Of a stretch of DNA of 64,000 nt, positions 10,546-18,780 are shown one piece after another. Numbering within the stretch: the stretch's first letter is position 1; every line of letters begins with the position of its first letter. The position numbers and the translations under genes are program-made. This stretch comes from an uncultured Cellvibrionaceae bacterium (GTDB taxonomy: Bacteria > Pseudomonadota > Gammaproteobacteria > Pseudomonadales > Cellvibrionaceae). Below the pieces are notes generated by a model. It searched no databases, had not been told where the DNA came from, and saw nothing but the letters and a program-made list of their open reading frames with translations. The DNA lies in assembly GCA_964448175.1 (NCBI GenBank), contig CAYUVQ010000002.1:80111-144110 (forward strand), read 5' to 3'.

Positions 10546-11505
10546 TTACAGCCAGTCCTTGCTTTTGAAATACCAATAGGGCGCCAACGCGCTCAATACC
10601 ATCAGACACAGACCCAGCTCAAAACCATACTGCCAATGAATATGAGGCATAAATTCGAAATTCATTCCATACAAACTGGCAACTACCGTGGGCGGCAGGA
10701 AGATTACCGCAGCGATAGAGAAGGTTTTAATGATCTGGTTTTGCTCAATATTGATAAAACCCTGGGTAGACCCCATCAGGAAGTTGATCTTATCAAACAG
10801 AAATACGGTGTGAGACATCAGAGTATCCACATCGCGTTTAATTTCCCGCGCGGTTTCCTGTAACTCGAAGTGTTCGCGCAGGTGGCGCTGCATGAAGGAA
10901 ATGGAACGCTGGGTGTCCATTAGGCACAAGCGGATTTTACCGTTGCTGTCCTCCAGTTTGGCGAGACGGTCAATCGCATCTTCCAGCTCAGCGTCAGCAT
11001 CCTCCAATACCATGTGGCTGACTTCTTCGAGTTTGCGATGGATATCTTCCAGCGCGTCCGCCAGGTTCTCCACTTTTTGCTCAAACATGGTAATCAACAA
11101 ATCCTGCGGAGAACTCACTTGCACCTGACCACGGCGCGCGCGCATACGCAGCAGCCTGAAATCTGCCAGATCACCATCGCGCAGGGTCAGTAAACGTTTG
11201 TCCTGCAAGATAAAGGCGACAGTGGTTGTGTTGTGCCGCCCTGCCTCACCGGGCGATAAAAATAATGAGTGAACGTGGATGCCCGCACTATCCAGAAAAT
11301 AGCGCGCCGAGAATTCGATCTCTTCTACATCATCCGACTCGGGCAGTTCAGCACGCAGAAAAGTATTAAGATTTTCACGCTCTTCCTCAGTCGGTTCATG
11401 AGCATCAATCCAAACAGCGTTGGCGAGCGCAACTTTGGCATCTTCTTCTTGTTGCGCGGGAACCTCGCGCAAGGTGGTACCTTGAATCTTGAACATTCTC
11501 AACAT
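10546..11505 (-). CDS. corA: Magnesium/cobalt transporter CorA
   Basis: YGMNFEFMP signature with two C-terminal TM helices. Confidence 0.96.
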   Translation of the reverse strand: MLRMFKIQGTTLREVPAQQEEDAKVALANAVWIDAHEPTEEERENLNTFLRAELPESDDVEEIEFSARYFLDSAGIHVHSLFLSPGEAGRHNTTTVAFILQDKRLLTLRDGDLADFRLLRMRARRGQVQVSSPQDLLITMFEQKVENLADALEDIHRKLEEVSHMVLEDADAELEDAIDRLAKLEDSNGKIRLCLMDTQRSISFMQRHLREHFELQETAREIKRDVDTLMSHTVFLFDKINFLMGSTQGFINIEQNQIIKTFSIAAVIFLPPTVVASLYGMNFEFMPHIHWQYGFELGLCLMVLSALAPYWYFKSKDWL

Positions 11506-11648
11506 CAGTGCTGCTCCTCAAGGAATGCTTACAACGCCGTATGGGCTTATAGCATATCCTGTTGACGCGTGACGGCTTTTGGATGCCTCCGACATGATGA
11601 GCGGCAATAACACTGCATCCGAAGACTTCTGCGGTCACCAATAATTAA

Positions 11649-12644
11649 TTAGCGTTTCTTGCGATAAAAGCTGGCCTCGCCGGGTGGTCGTGTCTTAAAG
11701 CGCCGGTGAACCCATAGATACTGGTCCGGTTGACGCCGAATAATTGCTTCGATAACAGCATTCGTACGAGTTGCATCAGCAACGTCATCGCCACTGGGGA
11801 AGTTCTCCAGCGGTGGGTAAAACTCTATTTCATAATGGCCGCTCGCATTGCGGTAGTACGACATGGGAATTACCCTTGCCTGTCCCATCTGCGCGATGCG
11901 CCCGGTCCCCACAATTGTGGCGGCGTTAACTCCAAAAAACGGTGCAAACACACCATGCTTCAAACCGTAATCCTGGTCGGGGGCATACCAGATCGAATGA
12001 CCTTTACGCAGGTTCCTGATCAGCTGACGCGTATCATCACGCGGGATGGCAGACTTGGCAAACCGTTCGCGCGCCTGCGAAATCATATAGGACAGCAACG
12101 GATTCGGATCGCGGCGATACAACACATCGAAGGTAATATGGCTGGACAGAATGCGTCCTGTAAGATCAAGCGTTGTCTGATGGCACCCCATTAAAATAAT
12201 GCCTTTGCCTTCAGCCTGTACGGCCTCAATGTGCTCTACCCCTTTGATCGTATAACGCCCTTTAAACTGCCTGTCGCTGCCCCATAACGCGATAGATGTT
12301 TCCACCACACTGATACCCACTTCACGCATGACTCCACGTACCAGTTGCTGTTGCTCGTCCGCGTTTAACTCCGGAAAACACAGGGCAATATTCACCTCGG
12401 TGATATGGCGACGGGAGCGAGCCAGATAATAAAACAAGCATCCTATGCCCGCACCCAAACGCATGCTGATGGATACCGGAAGGCTCGCCAGCAGCTTGAA
12501 AAATCCCAAACCCAACCAGGTAAACCAGTAGCGCGGGCCATAGAACGAGACATGAAATTGGGGGTCGGTTTTTCTATCCACGAATATTGATAACTCCACA
12601 GCGGGATCACGCGGGCGCGATTCCCGCAAAACAAAGGCCGGCAA
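11649..12644 (-). CDS. lpxL: Lipid A lauroyl/palmitoleoyl acyltransferase (LpxL/LpxP family); start uncertain
   Basis: HxxxxD (HQTTLD), WYAPDQDYG, APFFG, PDQYLWVHRRFKTRP. Confidence 0.88.
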   Translation of the reverse strand: MPAFVLRESRPRDPAVELSIFVDRKTDPQFHVSFYGPRYWFTWLGLGFFKLLASLPVSISMRLGAGIGCLFYYLARSRRHITEVNIALCFPELNADEQQQLVRGVMREVGISVVETSIALWGSDRQFKGRYTIKGVEHIEAVQAEGKGIILMGCHQTTLDLTGRILSSHITFDVLYRRDPNPLLSYMISQARERFAKSAIPRDDTRQLIRNLRKGHSIWYAPDQDYGLKHGVFAPFFGVNAATIVGTGRIAQMGQARVIPMSYYRNASGHYEIEFYPPLENFPSGDDVADATRTNAVIEAIIRRQPDQYLWVHRRFKTRPPGEASFYRKKR

Positions 12645-12758
12645 TTATAACAAGCCTGCACCGTTTATAAACGAACCTCACGCAACCCTGGCGGGCTTCC
12701 CCGAGGGCGGATATCTGTTAAGGTAGGCGTCACCCGTTTTATGTATGAGCGCTACCCC

Positions 12759-13085
12759 ATGAAGATTGACGAGCTGTCTGCCAATATCGACCTGAAATTA
12801 TCTGAATTGGAACAGCAACTGGAACGCCTGCATGCACAGCGCGCGCAGACCACAGACCCGGAAAGCCAACAAAAATTAGCCGCCGACATTACCGCGCTAA
12901 ACAAGATCAAGTTAAAGCTGCTCAAGTCTAAGGATATCGCCTGGCGTGCGCACCGATTACTGCGCGATCAGGAAAACCAGCGCAGCATTGATCGCCAGCG
13001 CCTACTGGGGCTGGCCTTCTGCATCTTCAGCGCCATCGGAGCAATAACGTTAATCGGGATTTATTTCTGGAGCGGATTGTTTTGA
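12759..13085 (+). CDS. Hypothetical coiled-coil protein with C-terminal TM anchor
   Basis: Heptad-rich N-terminus, hydrophobic C-terminal helix. Confidence 0.65.
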   Translation: MKIDELSANIDLKLSELEQQLERLHAQRAQTTDPESQQKLAADITALNKIKLKLLKSKDIAWRAHRLLRDQENQRSIDRQRLLGLAFCIFSAIGAITLIGIYFWSGLF

Positions 13086-13169
13086 ACAAGTGATCGAAGC
13101 ACCGATGTAACAGGTGCTACCGGAACATTCGCTGCTAGCAAACATTCCGGTCCAGCATATGCATTGCTA

Positions 13170-13487
13170 TCAGTTGGCAGCTGCCGCATCAACGAGCGGC
13201 TTCAGCTCGCCCTTTTCATGCATCTCAGTGATGATATCGCACCCGCCAATCAACTCGCCCTTTACCCACAGCTGCGGAAAAGTTGGCCAGTTGGCGAACT
13301 TGGGCAGCTCACTGCGAATTTCCGGATTGGTGAGAATATCAACATAGGCAAAACGTTGACCACAAGCCATCAATGCCTGAGAGGCACGCATGGAGAAACC
13401 ACACTGAGGAGCATTGGGCGACCCTTTCATATAAAGGATTACTGGATTTTCGTTGATTTGTTGCTTAATCGTTTCCAAAACGTCCAT
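13170..13487 (-). CDS. grxD: Monothiol glutaredoxin Grx4
   Basis: PQCGFS, WPTFPQL, GGCDI; ATG at 13487. Confidence 0.96.
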   Translation of the reverse strand: MDVLETIKQQINENPVILYMKGSPNAPQCGFSMRASQALMACGQRFAYVDILTNPEIRSELPKFANWPTFPQLWVKGELIGGCDIITEMHEKGELKPLVDAAAAN

Positions 13488-13635
13488 AAACGTAACTGAC
13501 CTCTGGTTGCGGTGGGCGCGACAGGCGCGGCGTAGATGAAATAGTGGGGGCGAAGCGGCTGAAAGCAAGCCGAATCAGGGTGACATTCTACCCCAGCACC
13601 GCAAGTAACCCAATCGCGGGGAAATAGGCTCCGAG

Positions 13636-14016
13636 CTATTTTTGCCCGGGGTGTGCTTTTTTAAGGGTTTGAATGAGATTCAGGGCCAGCTCCCGCCCCT
13701 CCGGAGATAGTGCGCAGAAATGCCGGGTCAGTTGATTAACCTGCTTTTCCAGCTCCTCCGCTCGCTTTTTATCGGTGGTATAGCGATCGCCGGGTTCTTT
13801 AACTGCCACGGCCTGACTCTCTACTTCGGCATAAATGGCGGAGACCGTCAGCCCGAGCGCCCGGGCAATTTCCTCCAGCAAGTCTAACGATGGACGCTGC
13901 TCATCCCGTTCAATGCGCGATAGATTGCCCGCATCGGTCCCCGCCACAAATGATACGGCCTCAAGGGTTTTACCTTGAGCGTTGCGATGCTGTCTTAATA
14001 CCTTACCTATTTTCAT
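13636..14016 (-). CDS. XRE-family HTH regulator, phage-repressor-like, without S24 peptidase domain
   Basis: MKIGKVLRQHR...TDAGNLSRIER...IARALGL; linker VKEPGDRY; C-terminal LSPEGRE helix. Confidence 0.88.
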   Translation of the reverse strand: MKIGKVLRQHRNAQGKTLEAVSFVAGTDAGNLSRIERDEQRPSLDLLEEIARALGLTVSAIYAEVESQAVAVKEPGDRYTTDKKRAEELEKQVNQLTRHFCALSPEGRELALNLIQTLKKAHPGQK

Positions 14017-14028
14017 TTCGCCATTTTC

Positions 14029-14101
14029 TGCGTCACGCGCAAACCTAACAAAGCGAAATACGCAAAAAACTCTTGCAAATATTGCGCTAAGGACAAACAA
14101 T
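14029..14101. promoter_or_regulatory. Three operator-like TGCG-N5-CGCA sites overlapping divergent promoters
   Basis: TGCGtcacgCGCA (14029-41), AGCGaaataCGCA (14052-64), TGCGctaagGACA (14083-95); + strand TTGCAA-N17-AACAAT. Confidence 0.55.
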
Positions 14102-14230
14102 TGCCGCACACTCTCACGAATGCGCTGCATTAGCTCATCGTTTATAGGTTGAGCCAGCCAGTCTTGAGCAGGTTTTTTAAGTTGTCTTTGTGTAATTAGG
14201 CGCCATTTTATTTGCCGGATCAAGGAGTGG

Positions 14231-15766
14231 TTGATGTCCGAGTATGTGATTAGCTGTAAATCGTCCGTTGATGCAGACGACCAGATTCATATTTTGGTGA
14301 TGCTTGACCACAACAGTTGTATTACCGAGGTGTGTGGTGTTCAGCGAGACGTTCATGGATTTACGGCGAGCGAGCTCTGCGGGCGCAAAGTCAGTGAGTT
14401 CATTCATGAAGAAATTCCCGAGCATCTCCTTAATACGTGTAAACAGATGTTTCGTGCCGGTCATGCGTGGCGTGGCGCGGTTAAATGCCGGACTAAAGCC
14501 GGCGGTCATTGCTGGTGGGACGTGTACCTCAGTCCCCGAGGGCAAACCGGTTTACCGGAAGGCGCCTGGCTGACCCTGTCACCTTGTGAACCGCAGGTTA
14601 TTGCGCGGGCACAACAGGTGTACCGGATCGATAAAAAAGCCTTGAGGAAGCCACGGCCTTATCCAACGCTGTTTATCTTCATGGCTTTAGTCAGCCTGCT
14701 TGTTGCGTTCCTCTCGAACGCGGTGTCCGCCCTCGTCTTAACGATGTTACTCGGGCTTTCATTGAGTCTGACTGCGCTGCTCCTGGGCCGGTTTTCGCTG
14801 GATGGGACCGCGCTGTTACGCAACACCCGCCCCGAAAACATTGATCCATTGATGTGCTACGTCTACACGGGCGGATCGAACACCTCCTGTATCGCCGCAT
14901 ATACGCTGGCCCTGCGGGACCGGGAGAATCTTTCTCTGGCGGCCTGGGTGAGCCATCGCTGTGACATGCTCGAAAGCGCAACCCGGCATCAACAGTCCCG
15001 CATCGCGCGGGTTGATACGGCTATTTATCAACAACAACAGCAAACCCAGCTTATCCGCCATTCATTGCGTGGGCTGCTGGATGATCAGCACCGGATCACC
15101 TGCGCTGCTACGCGCAGCCTGCAACTGATCCTGGCGTCGCAGCAGGACGCAATACAGAGTCGCATCACTTTTCATCAACTCGGGCAGGTACATCGGCAAC
15201 ACCTGGGGCGTCTGCAACGCATACATAACCATCTGAAAACGCTGGTGGGTCATCATCACCAGATTATCGGCTTCATCGATAAACTCAGCGAGACTACCGA
15301 AGAAATGCATTTTGTTGCGCATCGCCATCCAGCTGGGATTGAAGCGCATCGCACTCTTGTTCCGGACACACAGGATCTGCATCAGCTTGCTAAATCGGCG
15401 AGCTTGTCACTCCAGGATCTGCACCGTACCACCAGACAATGGAGCCTTACGGTCAGAGATCTCATGCTGGAGATCGAAGCCAGCATGCAGGATGCACAGC
15501 AGCATTTTGCTTTTGTGCATGATGGGGACGCAGCTTTTCAAGCGATCATCAACGTGATGAGCCGACTCACTTCACTCTTGTCAGACATTGAAGGCGCCGT
15601 GCATCAACAATCTATCCTACGCGCGGCTGCAATTCGTCACACGGATGTGCTGGAAGAGCACATCATCTGCGCTGCGCAGACCACACAAGATATCGGTGCT
15701 GGAATTGAGCGAACGCGCCGGCAACTGGATAATTTACGCCTGCTGCCGCAGGGCTCAACCCATTGA
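14231..15766 (+). CDS. Degenerate Aer-like PAS-TM-methyl-accepting chemotaxis protein
   Basis: PAS (WRGAVKCRTKAGGHCWW), hydrophobic hairpin, DPLMCYVYTG linker, long coiled coil ending EGAVHQQS; conserved signalling tip missing. Confidence 0.75.
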   Translation: MMSEYVISCKSSVDADDQIHILVMLDHNSCITEVCGVQRDVHGFTASELCGRKVSEFIHEEIPEHLLNTCKQMFRAGHAWRGAVKCRTKAGGHCWWDVYLSPRGQTGLPEGAWLTLSPCEPQVIARAQQVYRIDKKALRKPRPYPTLFIFMALVSLLVAFLSNAVSALVLTMLLGLSLSLTALLLGRFSLDGTALLRNTRPENIDPLMCYVYTGGSNTSCIAAYTLALRDRENLSLAAWVSHRCDMLESATRHQQSRIARVDTAIYQQQQQTQLIRHSLRGLLDDQHRITCAATRSLQLILASQQDAIQSRITFHQLGQVHRQHLGRLQRIHNHLKTLVGHHHQIIGFIDKLSETTEEMHFVAHRHPAGIEAHRTLVPDTQDLHQLAKSASLSLQDLHRTTRQWSLTVRDLMLEIEASMQDAQQHFAFVHDGDAAFQAIINVMSRLTSLLSDIEGAVHQQSILRAAAIRHTDVLEEHIICAAQTTQDIGAGIERTRRQLDNLRLLPQGSTH

Positions 15767-15824
15767 TCATGCCTACACTTGCGTGCACACTGCAGCGATC
15801 CACAGCAGCAAGAACGAACCCGGC

Positions 15825-17240
15825 ATGTTCAAACTTCGTACCCAATTCTTTATCGCTTTATTAGCCACCAGTGCAGTTTTGACAGGGGCACTTTATGCGT
15901 TCTTCAGTTTCAGTTTTGAGCGTGGTTTCTGGCATTACATTGAGCAGAAAGAAATTGCCCGTGCTGCCCCCTTGATTGAAAAACTGGAACAACATTATCA
16001 GGAACACGGTAACTGGGAATGGTTTAGCGACAACCCCGAGGCCTGGCCGGACTACCTTACCACCTTCATGATGGATAATTTCCGAGCACGGCGTCCGCCT
16101 CCAGAAGCTGCGCGGGAGCAGGCAGCCCAACCGAATGTCAGCCGCCGGGTTAACGCGTTATTTCGTGCAGTTGTGTTGCTCGACAGCGAACATAATATTG
16201 TGGCCGGCGACCCGCGCATGCGCCGTGATATTTATCGCCACAAGCTGCAGGTCAACTCCCGCACTGTGGGTTATCTTGGTATGCCTTTGAACCCCGCCCT
16301 GCGAGATTTGCACGATGCAGAATTCGCCGGCAATCAAACCACTAATCTTGCGTTGATTGCCGTGGCTGCATTTTTATTCGCCCTGCTGTCCGCCCTGCCC
16401 TTGTCACACTTCCTCACTAAACGGATTCATATGCTGGTGCAACACATCAAGCAACTCAGCCAGGGCCAATACGACAACAAGATTCATTTAAAAGGTGAAG
16501 ACGAGCTGACCGTCCTTGCAGAACATCTCAATGATTTGGGCAATTCATTGCAACAAAGCGAACAGGCCCGGCGGCGTTGGGTTGCGGATATCTCCCATGA
16601 ATTACGCACGCCTCTGGCGGTATTACAAGCTGACATTGAGGCACTGGAAGATGGGGTTCGGGCACTTGATCAGAAAGCGCTGGCCCGTTTGCAACAGCAT
16701 ACGCGGCGCCTTACCAATCTGGTGGATGACCTTTACGACCTCTCTCTCACAGATATCGGTGCGCTGACTTATCGAAAGCAGCCTTGCGACCTCCATGAGC
16801 TGCTACAGGATCTGGCAAACATCCTGCACCCGCGCTTTGCCGCAGCCGGACTTGAGTTCACCGCACATTTGTCACCGTCTGAGGCACCAGTTTTTGGCGA
16901 CCCACAACGCTTGCACCAGATGTTTTTAAACCTGTTACAAAACAGCCTGAACTACACGACAGCACCGGGAAAAGTGACGTTGACAACGCATGGCGACACA
17001 CAGGTTTTTTTGATTAGGGTGGAGGACAGCGCACCGGGAGTTGATTCTGCACTTCATGAAAAATTATTTGAACGTTTGTATCGCGCTGAGTCATCACGCA
17101 ATCGCGCTACCGGTGGTGCCGGGCTAGGTTTAACACTGTGCCGTAACATCGCCGAAGCTCATGAAGGCACCATTGGGATTACTGATAGCCCGCTAGGCGG
17201 TTTAGCCGTCACCGTTGCTTTGCCATTAACCAGAGTTTGA
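15825..17240 (+). CDS. HAMP sensor histidine kinase (BaeS-like)
   Basis: Two TMs, DISHELRTPL, NLLQNS, DSAPGV, SRNRATGGAGLGL. Confidence 0.9.
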   Translation: MFKLRTQFFIALLATSAVLTGALYAFFSFSFERGFWHYIEQKEIARAAPLIEKLEQHYQEHGNWEWFSDNPEAWPDYLTTFMMDNFRARRPPPEAAREQAAQPNVSRRVNALFRAVVLLDSEHNIVAGDPRMRRDIYRHKLQVNSRTVGYLGMPLNPALRDLHDAEFAGNQTTNLALIAVAAFLFALLSALPLSHFLTKRIHMLVQHIKQLSQGQYDNKIHLKGEDELTVLAEHLNDLGNSLQQSEQARRRWVADISHELRTPLAVLQADIEALEDGVRALDQKALARLQQHTRRLTNLVDDLYDLSLTDIGALTYRKQPCDLHELLQDLANILHPRFAAAGLEFTAHLSPSEAPVFGDPQRLHQMFLNLLQNSLNYTTAPGKVTLTTHGDTQVFLIRVEDSAPGVDSALHEKLFERLYRAESSRNRATGGAGLGLTLCRNIAEAHEGTIGITDSPLGGLAVTVALPLTRV

Positions 17241-17245
17241 TCATT

Positions 17246-17917
17246 ATGATGCGCATTTTAATTGTGGAAGATGAACCGGAATTAGGTGAGATAGTGCAGG
17301 ATTATCTGCGCGCGGAGGAATTCGCCACCACCTTGATAAACGAAGGCCAGGCAGCGTTGAATAAAATTCTTCAGGAGCAATGGGACCTGGTTTTATTGGA
17401 CCTGATGCTGCCCGGCAAAGATGGTTTGAGCATCTGCCAGGAAGTACGCCGTGTATCGCAAGTGCCGATCATTATGATGACGGCCAAGGTCGAAGAGATA
17501 GATCGTTTGTTGGGACTTGAACTGGGAGCCGATGATTACATCTGTAAACCTTACAGCCCACGCGAACTGGTTGCCCGTGTCAAGGCGGTGCTACGACGCA
17601 CCCAACCCGCTCCTGCTGATACACATTTTCATTTGGATCAATCCACCCTGTCAGTGCACTTTCGTGAACAGCAGGTTGAATTAACTGCAGTGGAATATCG
17701 TTTATTGGAAACGTTAATGGCGAATAAAGAGCGGGTGGTGTCACGTGAGCAATTGATGAAACACGCTTACAATGACCACCGTGTCGTGAACGATCGCACC
17801 ATGGATTCCCATATCACCAAATTAAGAAAAAAATTATTACCGCTGACTGAAGAAGAAATTATTCATTCGGTATATGGAGTCGGTTACAAAATGCAGATTC
17901 CACGCGGCGATGTATAA
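17246..17917 (+). CDS. OmpR-family response regulator (BaeR-like)
   Basis: LLDLMLPG, EEIDRLLGLELGADDYICKP, DSHITKLRKK, SVYGVGY. Confidence 0.92.
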   Translation: MMRILIVEDEPELGEIVQDYLRAEEFATTLINEGQAALNKILQEQWDLVLLDLMLPGKDGLSICQEVRRVSQVPIIMMTAKVEEIDRLLGLELGADDYICKPYSPRELVARVKAVLRRTQPAPADTHFHLDQSTLSVHFREQQVELTAVEYRLLETLMANKERVVSREQLMKHAYNDHRVVNDRTMDSHITKLRKKLLPLTEEEIIHSVYGVGYKMQIPRGDV

Positions 17918-17994
17918 CTTCCTGCATCAGACAGGCGGTTATGGTGGGAAATTAAATCAAAAAAAACGAACGAAGGCCGCAAGGTACATCGGAA

Positions 17995-18618
17995 TCAAAA
18001 CTTGAAATGCACACGCAATTGTGCGGCAAGGGAGTCGCTGACATCGAGCTGCTGAACGGGATGTTGAATATAGTAAACGCTGGTTTGGGCATTGAGCCGA
18101 TTCAGCAGATGGCCAAAATAGCTTAACTCCCAAGCCATTTCTGCAGCCTCCCAATCGGGATAAACTTGTTGGTTCAGATTGGAGCGTGCATGGGAAATAC
18201 CCAAGCCAATACCGTCTCCCTCACGCCAGCGGTTATTAAGGGTAATACCCGTGCCGATATATTCGTGGCTCTGGACGGCATTGTGCTCCGTGTGACTAAC
18301 CTGCAGAAATACGGCGAAATTATCATTCAGCTGCTTCTCTGCGAAGCTATAGATCACATCGTTATATTGGCCGGGAGAAGAGACTTCAATAACGGATAAC
18401 GCGTAACGTGATCCGACTTCCGAAGATCTGGGACGATCGCTCAAATGCCACTCGGCATCAAGATCATGGAAAGCTGCGGCGTTGTTAGCAGTATCAATCC
18501 GCAGCATTTCATCAAAATACGCCCGTTCACCTTCTACTGCGTTATTCCATTGCGATATATCCTCCGCATAGGAAAAAGCAGCAAGGCTACTGATAAACAC
18601 CGCGGCGATTTTTTTCAT
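17995..18618 (-). CDS. Short OprB-like (carbohydrate porin) beta-barrel protein
   Basis: Signal peptide; DGIGLGIS, WELSY, YIQHP and terminal LRVHFKF resemble the OprB C-terminal half. Confidence 0.6.
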   Translation of the reverse strand: MKKIAAVFISSLAAFSYAEDISQWNNAVEGERAYFDEMLRIDTANNAAAFHDLDAEWHLSDRPRSSEVGSRYALSVIEVSSPGQYNDVIYSFAEKQLNDNFAVFLQVSHTEHNAVQSHEYIGTGITLNNRWREGDGIGLGISHARSNLNQQVYPDWEAAEMAWELSYFGHLLNRLNAQTSVYYIQHPVQQLDVSDSLAAQLRVHFKF

Positions 18619-18780
18619 CTCGTCACCTGTCGATAAACAGATTGAAGCCCCAAGGCAGATAAAACAGAACGTCTTTAAGTATAGGTAAGTTTATCTCAGC
18701 CAAGCGAGAGGTCCACGACAATTTAGGCGATAAGTGGCCCACCGAACATAGGCTTTTTTGAATAACCAAAAAGCCGAGAT

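Noticed and set aside
13113-13158. Long G-U hairpin 3' of grxD
   Set aside because: Adequately explained as a 3' end or stability structure between convergent genes
14017-14223. Long N-terminal extension of the XRE ORF
   Set aside because: It covers the divergent promoter and operator region; the HTH begins at ATG 14016
13636-14230. Prophage
   Set aside because: No cro, integrase, replication or structural genes; the only ORF in the cro position has 10 codons
15588-15824. Extended kinase N-terminus
   Set aside because: Overlaps the upstream gene; the first TM follows ATG 15825
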